Below are positions 10,850-24,780 of a stretch of 62,471 bases of DNA, piece after piece (within the stretch, counting starts at the first letter, position 1; every line of letters starts with the position of its first letter). The translations under genes were made by a program, and so were the position numbers. This DNA comes from Phoronis australis (lineage: Eukaryota > Animalia > Phoronida): NCBI GenBank assembly GCA_002633005.1, contig NMRA01000773.1:92766-155236 (forward strand), written 5' to 3'. The notes beneath the pieces were generated by a model. That model searched no databases. It worked only from the letters and a program-made list of their open reading frames with translations, and had not been told where the DNA came from.

Positions 10850-13080
10850 TTCCTACTGTGGTATTCCTTAACGCCACATTGGACACATACTACATGCCCA
10901 ACTGGATATCCTGATGTTTTCTGTAAAAACTGTTATATGGCCCCAACCGCTTTGCTACTGTATGCAGTAGTTCAAAAGGCAAGTAGAAACAACTGTGGAC
11001 TGACCAACAGGACAGGAAAGGGACTATCTCGCTCATGCTGTTCAACGAACATCTGGCAATGGCCAGGGTTTGAACTATTCTGCCTTGTCAGTTGACTCCC
11101 CTACTGGCGCTGACGTACGCAGTAAACCCTCTAAGATGTCTACTGATCTACAGTTACCTGTTTATGATGACACATTTGCATCAGTTCCATTTCAGTTTGA
11201 CTCAACAGGTATGCGTGACTATACCTTTAAAATATTTTCTTCTGTTTGGAAACCTTAATCCACTGTCACCGTGACCAACCTTACGTCATATTACGTAACA
11301 GGTCTAAATAATTAATTACCTTGTTGCGTAACTTAGTGATCCAAACAAGTACAATGGTATGGACTTTCAGATGGTGGAGGTGTGTGAAACTACTGTTAAA
11401 CCAGCATTGTTACTTAATAAAACACATCTTCAGATGGCAAATATCTCGCCTTACGAATAGTCACGTCGTTCTTTGGTCTGTTTTCAAGCTATCTAACTCA
11501 CAGTAGGAATCTGCCCTACCTAGCAGACCCGTGTGCAGAGACACATTTTTGCCAACGTATGCTAATGTACTTCGTGGTTTGGGTGACCTTGGAATGTCTG
11601 CTTCGTTCTCCATGGTCCCATCTGGTGTTCCCAGTCGTGTTCCTATTCACAGACTGTCTATTTCAAAACGGGAAGCTTTAAAGCCAAACTATAGAAGAGA
11701 TTGTGGTTTTCGGCAAATTGATTAAGCTGACGAACCCATTGATTGGTGCTCAAATATACATGTTGTTGAGAACAGGGATCTAATGATGAATGAAAAGTCC
11801 GTCTGTGCCTATTGCCAACCCAAAATACCCTTCAAAAGTTCAGGGTATTCTTGTAAATGTCATGACAGTACCGTTAGACAAGAACTGTGTTTAATGATTC
11901 AGGACACGACTAACCATATAATAAGTATCTTTACCTCTTTCAGTTCATGAAACGTCACGGTATGATTTAGTTTAGAAAGACAGTACACGGAAATTTCGGT
12001 GGTTTGCTATAGCACGCGCTTTTGCCAACACCAAATATCTCACTGTGTCAGATTCACACCTAACATATATTTTTCATAAGCGCCATGTTATCCCCCAGGT
12101 TGGTGATTCTGATTATGGCCTTAGTGGACCAATGAAGCAGCCAGATGACACGGGATCGCTTCAGCCAATTGCTGACATTGTACAGGCCTTTTTGTAGCCT
12201 GCGCTCGTCAGAAGGTAACTCTATCTGTGCTGGGTACGAACGACGGCACCTAGGCTCTATGGTAGGTCTACAGCTGTTATTGTGCGTACGAACGTCTGCT
12301 CAGAATTTTTGAAAAACCGTTGCTTGAAGCACTTTGATACCGGGAAAATTTCATGACGTGCCTGCAAGGCTACATCGTCCTGTTAAATACAAGAAAGGCG
12401 TTTCTTAATGCGATTCTAAAACCCCACTTGCTGACATCGATACAACAAAGTGCCTATTGTTTGATCTATTTCAGGTTGGACTGTGAACATCCTGCACCAA
12501 TTTATCTTCTCTTGTCTCAGACCACACTGGAACTACAGCAGGCCACAGCCGCTGGTACTGATCTCATTGTTGTAATTCAGTGTAGCTGGCCCCATCATTG
12601 CAGTTATCAGATGGACACGGTTTTTTACCGTGGAGAACAGATTCTTGTCCCATCATCACTCCGGCGTAAGATACTGCTACGGATCCATCCATCTCATTCC
12701 GTGAGTGCAGATGGTTGCATTTTTATGTGGAGAGACACTGCACAGTGGCCTTGGCTGCAGGCTTCTAAGGTTCTGTGCGCGCGTGTCTTCTGGCCGGTGT
12801 GCCAAATTAGGAACCAATAATCTAAACAGTTCATGCTTTGTCAGCCCCTACCTGACTATCCTTGGCACTTAGTAACAAAAGATTAGTGCCAGTTCCACTC
12901 TCGAAAGTAATTGGTTTCACTGAGGTTGGTGACCTTTCTGACACGTTGGAGTCGCCAGCGGCAAGCTGGTATTCGCCTAATTGGACGCTGCGTGGAATCT
13001 GTCTATTCATGGTTCCACGTGGCAAACCCCAGCTGCCGACGTCCACATGACTGACAAGCTAAAGTTCATTTAAGTCATTT
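10850..13080 (+). mobile_element. Highly decayed Ty3/Gypsy gag-pol relic
   Basis: In order, across frameshifts: Gag knuckle remnant (CP..G..C..PNRFATVC), protease-like VPFQFDSTG, RT start (GLGDL, RVPIH, DEPIDWCSNIHVVE), RNase H (QPIA, LYGRSTAVIVRT, IFEKPL), integrase Zn region (YRGEQILVPSSLRRKILLRIHPSH, ARVFWP). PR-RT-RH-IN is the Gypsy order. Confidence 0.75.
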
Positions 13081-13559
13081 TCTACAGTAAGAAATGCCCG
13101 AGAATTTAACTTTTCCAAGTTTACGACCACCTTGTTAAAATAAATTTTGTCTCAAACTTTTTTACTGCCGCGAAAGCAAATGCCGAGTTCCTATATGAGT
13201 TGTTAAAAGGAAACGAAGGATTAACTCCCATTAATTTGGAACTGCCGAATTGTAGAATTTGTGAAACTGTTTTATCCCATGAAACCAGAAATAACATATA
13301 TGAGGATGGAGATAAAATTTTTGTGTAATGGGAGACAGTCTTTTTCTCTGAGTAACCCAGTGTCATTATGTGCAAAAAGTCCCTGCAATATGGCTGTTTA
13401 ACCCCGGTTTCAGTAGGTCACGCTGGTTCAAGAATCTAATAAACTTTTCAAATTTATTTTAAATTAATGCTTATACCATACGCATCTAATGAAACGGGCC
13501 CAAAACAGTCCCCCTAGTGTTTCAAATTGAAGCCATCAAGATAATTCTTGTCAAACAAA

Positions 13560-13730
13560 AGATACACTTACAATTAAAGTAGTGGTATTTGTTATCAAGA
13601 TTATCACCATTATTGTTACCATTACAATTGTTTCTACTATAAGTACAATTGAGTTTGCTTATTATTATTGTTAATTGTTGTTTATGGTGTTTTCTTGTTT
13701 TTCTTGTTGTTGTAGATAAATGTAACAATG
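13560..13730. repeat. Low-complexity (ATT/GTT)n region
   Basis: Degenerate trinucleotide runs. Confidence 0.7.
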
Positions 13731-14399
13731 TTTATTCGTATCAAACTTAGCAAGTGACATTTCATTTTAATATCCGCGTAGTTATAATAGTAATCTCAAA
13801 CTATACTCATCCTCGGGAACTGGCATATATGTTCAAAAATAGTTCTGTAAACTTGAAATGATTGTTTGCCAAAGGCAGCACCGAGTAGAGAAAATTTAAC
13901 TTAACGCGCTTTTAGCTAGCATCCAGCCCAGGAAAAGGATTATGCACACGTAGTTTGGAGGTTCAGGTAATCACACGTTTATGTAGCCAATGGCATTTTA
14001 GTGTTATCATTTGAGAAGCTATCCCTCAGACGCAATTAATAATTACAACGTTTTCGTAGAGTGGTGAAAAAAAATTAGCTTAATCTCTGGTTTCTAACTT
14101 CTAATCAAAACTAATTAGGGTTCGCCCGAACGACTGTGAAGCATTAGACCAGACTAATTGACTTACGTTCAGCATGAACACAACATACATGTAAACAGGG
14201 TTCAATTCTCCGCCAGCTATGCATTTAGTTCGCAGGACCAAGCTTCCCAATAATACATTGAGATGTCAGTCGGATGTATTATTTTTCACCAGATCTCGAG
14301 AATTGGAGACCGGCGAATAGTCCTGAATTACATACCGTTGTGTATAAATCTTTGGATTTTGTGAATGTTTTTACTAATTGCTATAACGATCATACCGTG

Positions 14400-14670
14400 G
14401 TTATAACAAAACTAATAACAACGACGATCGTGATGATAACAACATTAGCAATAGCAATAACTGTAACGAATTTAAAACCAACAATAGCACTAACAATAAT
14501 AATAATAACAACAATAAGAATGATACTTATGATGACAAAATGTTAATTATAACCACAATGAAATCTGAATCATAGCAATTATGACAACGATTATGATGAT
14601 TATCATGTTGATGGAGATGATAATGACGATGATTATTATGCAGGTGAGGACGATAACGATGGTGATGGAG
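14400..14670. repeat. Low-complexity (AAT/AAC/GAT)n region
   Basis: Degenerate trinucleotide runs. Confidence 0.8.
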
Positions 14671-15365
14671 TTTTGAGCTTATTTCTACAGTGCAATTTAT
14701 TTTTACATTTCCAGTAAGCGTTCCAAACGTAGTTAAAGTATGTCACCAGTTTTACGGCCCAAAAGCACATTTTTGTGATCATGGATGGAACGGACAGACT
14801 TCTTAAATTGATTAATTTTGATTAGAGATTCAAGACAACAAAATCAATTGTTTTTTGTGATTTTATTTCAAATCGCCAGACAGCCATTGAAAGCAAGCCT
14901 ACGGACATAACCAGTTTAAAAATATCGTTACAGTATGCGGCCGTTTGTCACGTGGGGTTGAACTCCACCTGCACAGGGTTAGACTGCTAGCTCGGGCGCT
15001 CTTGTGCTGAGACTAATGTCACAAAATCTCGTCGATAATGTCCCTTTAATTATCAGGCTTAATGGCCAAGTTGTACAAGTTTGTAAGTGCACCCCAACCA
15101 CTCGCTCTGTTCATGTACATGTACAGTGCGGGATAAACCACTGCTATCATTAATCAAGGTTTCAGGCATTCAATGTATTACGGACACACGTTATATGTTC
15201 TCCATTGCCTTGACAAATAAATGCATTTATCCTCACTTACCGTTCGCGAACGCGTGTCTCTAAGTATGGAAAAGTCTACATCGAACGAACCACAGATAGG
15301 CACACACTGAGATACAGCCTGTATTCCGACAAATTCCTCTTCCCGTAGTCCACAAAATGTGCACA

Positions 15366-15522
15366 TCAGACGTGCGTTCAGCAACACTAGGGCCTACTTC
15401 AAGACCTAGCTAAAATCTAGTGAAAGTCACGTGTTCTTACTTAAGTTACAGGTGAATATCTCAGGTAATCTTGCGAAGTCTTGCTTTTAGCAAGGTCCTA
15501 GCGTTACTGAACAGGAGACAGG
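15366..15522. mobile_element. ~155-bp MITE (copy 1; copy 2 at 46140-46294)
   Basis: TIR core GTTCAG(C/T)AAC(A/G)CTAGG / CCTAGCGTTACTGAAC; internal sequence matches 46140-46294. Confidence 0.75.
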
Positions 15523-16389
15523 TTTTCAAACGACCACTCAGTTGAAACACCTAGTACTGAATAGCTGACTATTAAAGGATTGATTCACAGGTTCACAAGA
15601 CCATATGGTAATTCCCAATCAGGTGAAAAAAAAAATTCCCTGGCGTCGAGGGATCTCCGAGAAGTATCCGTAAGTAGCTTGGAAAGTTGCAGTTAGTGAG
15701 AAGAAATCGACAAGACAACTGGAAATAGATACGTGTATAATGTGTTTCATGAACCAGCGACACGAATGAATTTATTTAAATGATGATAAAAATGTATTTT
15801 TTTTCTACTTTCCAATAAAATCATAACTCACTCTCCTGACAGGAAACATACACCTTCTTACAGTCGAATACAGAAGTCATTGGATCCCACTTACGGATTT
15901 ACTTTAGATGTCCCCCTGCCTGGTTTAGGTGGTTGTCAAAAGGATTTACGAGTCCTTAAAGACAGCGTGAAATGAGCCAACTGCCTTTTAATTTAGACAT
16001 ACATTGTATTAAATATATGTACTTTTGAACAACACATCTTTGTTTTGCTTTTTCCACGCAACTACTAATTAATTACTACACAATTTATGCCCGCCATATG
16101 ATGTGTCCCCATCAGAAAGCTCTCTCATATTCTTGATATATCACAGTCGACTGGTGTATTGACTTCATGTGGTGACCAGCAAGCACATTACCGCACTGAC
16201 CACAGCCTGAATAGCTGATCGCCTGCAAGGACAGTAAAAATTAAGTAGTTTGCTCAAGGAACGTTTCCGATTAGAAACATTGCCGACGTTAGGCATCAAC
16301 GTCGATTGATAACACGATTACTAACAAAAATCGTGTAAGGTAAAGCACCCTTCGAACCCAACACACTGAACAGCAGCGTAGCTTTCGGA

Positions 16390-18120
16390 TAGGGCGCTAT
16401 CGATTCACTCACCGCGAACCAAGTTTCGAAGTATTTGAGCCTATGGAAAACGCCATACAACAGCTACTAGACCAGGGTCCCAGAGCTGTTTTGGGCATGA
16501 AAAGGTAACCAATTTTCTTTGGTGCCACAGTGCTTTGTGGGTATCCTGATGCTTGGAAATGGCCGTCTGGTAGGTTCGCTCTGGTGGGTGTGGTCAGGGG
16601 GGCCAAGAGAATGACACTCAAAAATTGAGCTAGATCAACATTTCTGGTAACCACTTCAAACTGCCTCGGATACCTACTACGTAATCCACTGTATCAAGAT
16701 TGGTCATTGCCAGACGCTTTCAGTGGTGGGGAGTATCAGCCAGACGGTTATAAACAAGCTTAGCCCCGCCAGAAACGCCCAAATAATCGAGTTGAGCTAG
16801 ATCAGCCCACCAGGTAACCGTTTGAAATCAATTACACGATGCTCAGCATCACTGTACATGGCACAACAGTTAGATGCCAGACAATTTCAGTGGTGGGGTG
16901 CCCCTGCCACACGATTATCAAAAAGTGTTAAAAAATGAGCTAGATCAACCCAAGAGGTAACCGTTTAAAACCATTTCCAAAATATTCACACTAAGCCCAC
17001 TGGCAGGTATCACGAATAAACACCGCCAGACAAATTTGGTGGTTGGTTAGCCACGCCAGACACGCCCGAATACCTGAATTGTGCTGGATCAACCCAAGAG
17101 GTAATCGTATGAAACCAGTTGCAAAATGTTCGCCGTGAACCCAGGTATCAAGAATATATACTGCCAGACAAATCTAGTGGTGGGTTATCCCCGACAGACA
17201 CTCCCAAGCACCTGAGTTGAGCTAGATCAACCCACAAGGTAACCGTTTGAAACACAATGCCCAATGTTCAGCATCACTTCACGTGGCACAACAGTAAGAT
17301 GCCCGCATCAGACAAATAAAGAGTCGAAGCAAAATTGATTACAAGCCCATTCACAATGAATAAGCATCACATTGAGGAACCAGGTACTTCGATTTTCAAT
17401 AAAGCCAGTGAGTCCGTACCACGGATAAGGTCTCTATACAAGGTGAGAGATTTTTGCCGGTCTGCAAGTTTACGTCGGGGCATAAAAAACAAAAACATCG
17501 CCCCTGAGGTTGCAACGACCTCACAAGTCCATTCAAAAACAGCGAAATACTCCACATGATTCACTATTAAAAACAAATCCTAAAAAAACCCGTCCGAGAC
17601 GGATGGCACATTGTGTTTGCACGAATTTCGATTTTTCGTTGTCCTATTTTTACCAGTCTAAACATCGTCCCTCTGTTTTCGGACGAGTCATTTGATGCAA
17701 TTGCTAAAACGAATAATAATCGAAATGCCGCATTTTGCTGTCGTCTGCGTTATGTATGCGCGCCAAGTACCTTCATTTCACTCAGTGATTAATGGCAAAT
17801 TTGGCAAAACTGATCAGTTTTGGGCAATCTCCATTTTTCTCATAAGCCGAGCCCACAGAGAACTCCGGAGATGCGTCAAGAACAATGACGTCAGTGGCTG
17901 TATCAACATTTTGCTGACTATGGTAGATGTATTCTTTGCCCTGAACTGCCCAAACTACGCCAGACGAGGGAACATTGTTTTACCAAAAGTTGTCAGAAAT
18001 TCGCAGACTCAATATTACGTGAAGTGCTGGAAAACGGTGCGTTCTCAGTGCTACGTACGACGAAGAACTTCAGTAGATCGGCTGTTGTCCCTCTTTGAAA
18101 CAGTCCATATTTTTTAGGTT
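16390..18120 (+). mobile_element. Academ-type DNA transposon relic: subterminal repeat array plus transposase fragment
   Basis: Five ~140-165-bp units (GAGCTAGATCAACCCA..GGTAACCGTTTGAAA) at ~16627, 16793, 16937, 17081 and 17219; then GKTDQFW, VFFALNCPNYAR and LENGAFSVLRTTKNFSRSAV motifs; candidate TAG terminus at 16390. Confidence 0.6.
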
Positions 18121-18550
18121 TGATATGGTGTTCTCCAAAAAGGCTGAAGACACCTTTGCGGCACCTGCTATTTGGTACGTATGGTCGTGTTAGATTTCAT
18201 GGAAACTATCAAAGCTGTAACGTAGATAAAACATTATGTTCATGTTGCGAACATGTTACTCACAATTCGTGGGTATAACGTGGCCTTTTTTCAGTTTAGT
18301 TAGATTGACACTAATTTCATTTGCACGACGCAGATATGCGGGCCTTGGAACTGTTCGCTTTTTGTCTTCATAGTTAATATCAAACACATTCGAATTAATT
18401 ATTCATGGATGTTGTATATGGTGCTCAGTCACCGTGGCGACGGCCCCGGGCATCCACATTGGGGGAGGGGATGTCCAACCACTATGTATAATCTTTTTCG
18501 AAATAGTGCTGAAGTAGAGTTGAATTAAATAAAGATTATAACTAATAATA

Positions 18551-18610
18551 CAGGACCGTAGCCGGAGGAGGGGGTTCGGGGGGTTCAATCGAACCCCTCC
18601 CCCTCTAAGA
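18551..18610 (+). mobile_element. hAT-type MITE terminus
   Basis: CAGGACCGTAGCC followed by the GGGGGTTC..GAACCCC hairpin; partner end not found. Confidence 0.45.
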
Positions 18611-19649
18611 AAGTCCAGCCCCAGCATATTGGTTAAAGATAGGATATGAATAGACAATAACAACAAAATTGTTGCATCTAATGGTGCTAATAACTATAAT
18701 GATTACTAACTTAAAAGTTAGTTATAATTTTGAATTTGCTTCTTATTCAAAGCGCTTCACGTGGCATCGGGCGGTACTCGGCAAACTTCGCCCGAGTGCC
18801 GCTGTTTGTGTCGATGACAGGATCGTGCATACGATGAAAGGAGGGTTTATATAATTCATAAACCACGCGCGTGGTGGCTACACCAAAGAGTAACAAATGA
18901 GTCCAGAAGTGAATGTCTATACCTAAGCATAAAGGTCTAGCCCTACGTCCTAAGTAAGCTACATGTTTTGTATACAGCAGCGAGAGAGCTCTCAAAAAGT
19001 AGTGCGGTGTGAATGCCTTAAACTCGGCCAAGAAACAAAACGGCAGAAAATTGACATTAGTTATTCTGTTATTTTGGTTTAATTGAGAGTGATCGTCAAA
19101 TATGCAGATATGTAGTTCATCCAGTGTCCACTTTGATTGTGGGCTGGTGGATTGACATGCATGCGTGTACACGTTTGAACGTTTCTGTTCTTTTAAATTC
19201 AGTACACGCTGACGGTAAGTTCATTATAGGCAGTCCTCCGTCCTGCTAAAAAAACGGCATTCAACTACCGTGTTTTCTTGCACTGAGTATACACCGTTGA
19301 GCATTTTCCTGTTATGACGGAAAAGTATAGGCCTAGACCTCAACTGTGGTCAGTGAAAATCTTCTCTAGTCAATTAATGGTGCACAACCCTGCAGACTTC
19401 ATACGAGCTCCAAACTTGATGGAAAAGATTTCCAAGGTTCCATGTCACTATGACGAAGGTTCAATACTCCGACTGAGGTCCAGTACTCTGAATGCCCATA
19501 ACTCCGAAGGTTCGTTAAGTTCTAAAACTTACCTTTTATTCCAAAACCAGGGCCCGGTCTCCCATCTTTGTGCTCAAAACGTACTCGGGTGCGCGCATGT
19601 AATAACCGAAATATCGTTTATTTTTGCATGTAGAAGTTTAAAAATCACA

Positions 19650-22094
19650 TCTGAGTTTGAAAGTTTAGATATTTTTTGGAGCGGTGAATCTTCGGAGAGG
19701 TGAATCGTCGAAGTAGTGAACCTTCGCAATAGTGAAACTTCAGAGTCTTATTTCAGAGGTCCAGTTGTCGCAGAGCACTTGGTGGGTTGTTTACTCTAAC
19801 CGTTTCCTCCATTTCTATGAACTCGCGCATTCCCCTGATTGCCGACGTGACAACCAGCCCAAACCTTTCGCAAATACGCCTGACTTCATGCTCGTAATGT
19901 GTTATCCCGAATCCTATCGGCCACGTTTTGGGTTCCAAGATGCCGTGACAAGAGCAAAATGACTGCTCATCATTGTCAAATAAACCCCGTTCCAGGTTCA
20001 CAACAACACTTTGAATAAACTGACAAGGGCGTATGGTCACGGTAGTTCATTTAAGAGTTTTCTTCAGTTCCAGTGACCCAAATCACTTCTCTTTAATGCA
20101 TGTCAGTGCAGTGGCGAATGCCTGCCCAGGATTATCAACCATAGACTTGAGGACACGAACCGCCCGACGAATAACCGTCCGACGAATAAGCTTGTCCGCT
20201 TGCGGTATTGTTGTGGTTCTGCATTGTAGATCCACAGAAAGGCTTGACAGCTCTTCTAGCGCATCATGCATCAGCGCAAGATTCTGAATGAAGGTGGGAC
20301 TTTCCAAGTATCGCAGTAATCCCAAAAAACATACTCCGATCACCTGAATGACGGTTTCTGTCTTCACCGGCTAACTTGAAATGTTGATGTAGTGCCTTCA
20401 ATGATCTCCTCACTTCCTTTACTGTTCTGGAACTGCTTGCCACCCAACGAAGGTCAGCACGCGACCTAGTCGAACAAACTGGCACTCAAGATCAGCGGCT
20501 GCAGCTTTCAGCTCGTCTTGGTGTTTGGGTGATTTGCCGTAAAGTGAATAGAGTTTTTCCATAAATATTCTGAAATGACCAAACCCAGTCACCTGTGCCA
20601 CGGCATCCGCAACTGCCAACTCAAGTCTGTGGTTTAAGCAGTGCCATTTCAAAAGTCTAGGGAAGAGTTCACGAGAACCTTGTTGCAGCTCCAGAACGTT
20701 TTCCTGTCAAGACACTGACGTCGTCACTTGCAAATGCAACGAGATGCTCTTGTAAATATTCCATCGTAAAACCACACTATTGTAGACTGTTAAGGAGGGG
20801 CGCTTCAATGGATTCGGCAGTTTGCTGTTCAAGCCGGACAAGGTCAAGCATTATAAAAAGTGGATCGCTACCACCAATAGATGCTCTGATACAAATGATC
20901 AGTGCGCTTAGTTTGCATACCGCTGTCGCTTAATCGACTAACACAGACATATCTTGCTATTTTCTACCAGAACTGTACTGACGATTATGGTTGATTGTCC
21001 TTGATTATGGACGTTGCACTGAAACGAGAATTGAGCGTAACACCCAAATTCAAACCATTCAGTTTTTTGAAAGTTTATGAGATACTCGTGATCGGTGAAC
21101 GGACGATTCATTTGAACAAGTGAATATGCTGTTACGAAGACTTTTTTCGTTGTAGTCTTCTCATGAGCTGCAACTTTAACCAATGTATTTTCAATTGTTC
21201 TTTTACTTTTCGGTTCGTCAATACTTGAGCAATGTTGTGGGCTTTAGAATTGATATGACGACTGGTTTTACTCCTAAGTGACTTAAGTTTAGCCAGTGGG
21301 AATCTCCAGCTGTTTCTATCAGAAACTGAGTTTACTTCGAAGACATTGATAAGCCACTTTCTTTCATCAAACCTACATGTAGGTCTGGTACATTATAGCA
21401 AGAAACGCAACACAGCTTTCCATTCTTGTGTTACAACTAGGGATACTTTTTCTTGAATTCCATTCACTGATTTTAATTCCACACGCTTGGCCACTGTGAC
21501 GAGTCGTTATCTGGATCACCTGCAGATATTTCCGTTTCAGACGTGGAGCGATCCGTTTCAGCAGGAGGATTTGGTCCCGTGCTTTCTGATCTCGGCATCT
21601 TCTTAAAATATTTTAGTACCGATTGGCAACCAGTTGATTGTCGTTTCATAGCAGCACAAAATTTAAAAGTCCACAATTAAACTTATAATTCGGCTGCAAT
21701 GGGTTCGTCTCGTTTGGACGAGTCCATTGCAATGACCAGCTGCAAGAACCTGGTGCACTTCAAAGAGCAAAATAAGACTGATGCTGTTTTTGATGTTTGC
21801 CAATACCTCATCGAAGCATGCCTGGTGGTCGCGCGCGCCGACATGTTCGGCAACAATGCTGTTGTCAGCGTAGCAGCGCATTGATGCCGTAAACTAATCG
21901 TTTCAGCGCTACGCTCACTTAACCGTCACGTATGGCGCGTTTAGGCACTACCTTAAAATGTAGAATGGTGGTTAGCTGCACCTACGTGCGCGTACGCCCC
22001 ACTATACCGTAACTTACGGTGGGTAGGCGCAACATTAAAAAACAAAAAGGTGGTTGGCTGCGCCTACGTGCGCCTACGCCCCGCTACAGCATTG
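19650..22094 (-). mobile_element. hAT transposon relic with ZNF862/KIAA1586-type transposase pseudogene; 5' TIR at 22094
   Basis: MKRQS..SVLKYFKK start (21649); WHCLNHRLELAVADAV, LGRVLT-RWVASS, FIQNLALMHDALEELSSLSVDLQ; many frameshifts. The end CAATGCTGTAGCGG matches the MITE TIR at 45258. Confidence 0.85.
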
Positions 22095-23039
22095 TTTACT
22101 TGTCACGTAGGATGTTTTAATTATCCACTAACAATATCCCCGACAATGCATCACTGCGGCACTGGTCGGTACCATTGTTTGCGCACAAGGTTTCGGTATA
22201 CGATCGTGACTCAGAAATGTTACGAATTAACGGTGTGTGTGAATGTACGTCTCGCTTTAATGGCAAAACATGTAGATGACAACCCTTGGCTATTACTTGC
22301 CAAACAACGGTCACAACTTGTTTTAAAGCAGAGTAATCATGTAGGCTATAGTACATTCGACTCTAGAAAGCCTAGAAAATCACTTCCGTGGCTCCTTTTT
22401 GGGGGAAAGATAATTTTGGCGTTTTTAAAGAAATTATGCACTATACTTCAAAAATCTAAAAAGTTACCGAGGTTTGACTTGCGCGTTTTCGAAAAATTTG
22501 ACCTCAAAGATCTGACTTTTTGCAAAATTTGTCACAGAAAACCGATCTTAAAAAACTAACAACACTAGACCCAAACTGAACAGTAATTTGTCTTGCTTTT
22601 TTCATTTGAAGTTACAGGACAAGAAAAGTGATAAACATTATGACATTAGGTGGAAAATTGTTCAAAAAAGACAAATAGAAAGTTTTAGCCGCGCCTCTTT
22701 GGTGGCCATAAAACATACTACTGTATTCTGAACTACCAGAAGAAGAATACTATTGTTAACCATTTCGAACTTAATAAAGATTTGATATCACAATCTACAT
22801 ATGAACAACATGCATTTCCAACGTATCTGCAATGAATTCGCTGTTATCACTTTCATTAATTGTCACAGTTAATTATCGTTATCCAGAGTTCATAATCAAC
22901 TGCCACAGGGAACGACACACCATTCAGTCCTGACATCCACGAGCATGATAAAATGTAAATATTTTCCATTAGGCTACAAATTTAAAGTTCTTCACAACAT
23001 AGCACACGCTTTTTATGTTTGTTCATCCACTCCATCATT

Positions 23040-24780
23040 GTCATCAAAATTTGTTTCTTGAGAAACCGTGTTCACAATCTCAACAGTCACAACTTTGAAC
23101 ATGGCATGCCGGACAATAGCACACTTTTGTACTACAACCACTCTTTTTACATTTGCAATTAACATTCGTCATGACATTTTCAGAGGCTAAAGCCAGAGTC
23201 ATCCAGTGGCAATTCAGACTACCCTACTCCAAAAGTCACCCGTTACCAACTGGAGATGGTACACTGACATGCTGTTGCAAGGCTCGTTTGTCAATGGCAC
23301 ACTGGTAGTTTGCTCTCTTGGCTTGTAACGGCAAAAAATCACGATTAGGAGGCGGAGATGATTCCATTACAGATTTCAAACTGAATAGGTGGTAGCGCGC
23401 TTTGTTAACAGTTGATGATGAGTCGCCGTAAAACTTGCATAAAAACTGTTCAATGTCTTCCATCAGTTGACCGGGAAATGCAAAATAATGTTGAGCCCAA
23501 CTGACAAAGTTTGACAAATATCTCAGCAACTCTGCACCCAACCCGGAATAATTTTTTTGTCAACCTGAATAGCGTTTCATCTAAACACTTCAGCCTTGTT
23601 ACAGTAATCCTTTTATTGAAACAGATAACCAAAGCGCTCTTCACTTTAGCACAGTATGGCCAACAAGCGAAATTTTATTTTGTCAAGTGCTCAGCAAAAG
23701 GAAGCGTTAAGAGAAATGAGCAACATTACTAGCATTGATTGCACTGTACAGTTGTCAATTTAAGACATAGCCAATTTTTTATCATCCTTAATTCCATAGT
23801 TCAGCCTTTGAAAATAGAGGAATGGTCATTAAGGCAATAGTTTTTGTGTGAAATTGAAAAGCGTCTTATTTACCGTAGAGCTAAAATTTCTTTTGACGCT
23901 TCCTGTTTTAGATAGCACATAATTGGAAGGGTAAAAATTTTCCTACACTAAAAATTATCCAATTCAAGAATCTCCAAAATGTGAGACATTGAAATCTGAG
24001 CAACATTTGAATTTTCAAGATAATGAATTAAAGAACAAGGACAATATTTGCATTTATAATTCTCAAGTTCCAAACACAGCTCATGTTTTTACATGAAAGG
24101 GTCAGAAAATAGGCTTGGAAGTTCATAAAGAACAGAGCTGGTGACTCACATGTAGGTGAAAACTACAGCCAGTACGTTTGAAATTGGGACGGCTAATACT
24201 GTAAATTTATCAAGCAAACTAAAATAAATTCTTTTTTCTCTGTCCTCAACTAAAGATTTTTTAACATAAATGATGGTTTTTCGAATTAAGAATGTGCAGG
24301 CCTACTTCCAAATGAATGTTTGGAAGTGGGAGTTTTTCAAGTTTTTTGTTGTTGTGAAATTCTCTGTGATGGACTTTGATTTGTGGCAAATGATACATTG
24401 TGGTTGTCAACACATCTGCATCTCTTTGAGCACTGTTAAATGGAACTGACTTTGACAACCTTCTTAATTTTCTAGTAGGTTCATTATCGTTTCCTTCATC
24501 AGCTTGGTCTTTTTCTTTTTTAAGAGCTGTTTCTATTTTTGACACATCAATTAATTATCTGTAATACTGATTGTGATAGAATAGCTTTTTTTCAGAAAAA
24601 AATTAAGAACTTTTCAGCAATAATACTTTTCTTGCACTCAATGCTGATCCATTTGTTTGCCTTAGACCACGTAATATCTGAAAATTCCAGGAGCTTAGAA
24701 TTTTGAGCAAAATCTGAGACATGAATGCAGCAAGGAGCAGACATCTTGCCAATGTCTTGTGAAGTTGCATGTTCATTCAA
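23040..24780 (-). mobile_element. Internally deleted Academ-type (XPG/Cys-cluster) transposase pseudogene
   Basis: N-terminal CCIHVS..LLEFSDITWSK; C-terminal EQFLCKFYG..VNKARYHLF..PPPNRD..RANYQCAI..RALQQHVSVPSPVGNG then NCKCKKSGCSTK; possible TAG terminus at ~22364. Confidence 0.7.

Noticed and set aside
14274-14546. 90-aa Ile/Thr-rich ORF
   Set aside because: Translation of a trinucleotide low-complexity tract
15540-16230. Splice-bounded segments on the minus strand (e.g. 15832-15954)
   Set aside because: The best-bounded segment has stops in all three frames and no recognisable domain; at most a decayed pseudogene
18504-18517. Candidate second TIR of the hAT (TAGTGCTGAAGTAG)
   Set aside because: Partial match only, and the 8-bp flanks do not form a TSD with those at 22094
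22050-22559. 169-aa ORF
   Set aside because: Crosses a hAT terminus and another repeat boundary; non-ATG start; no motifs
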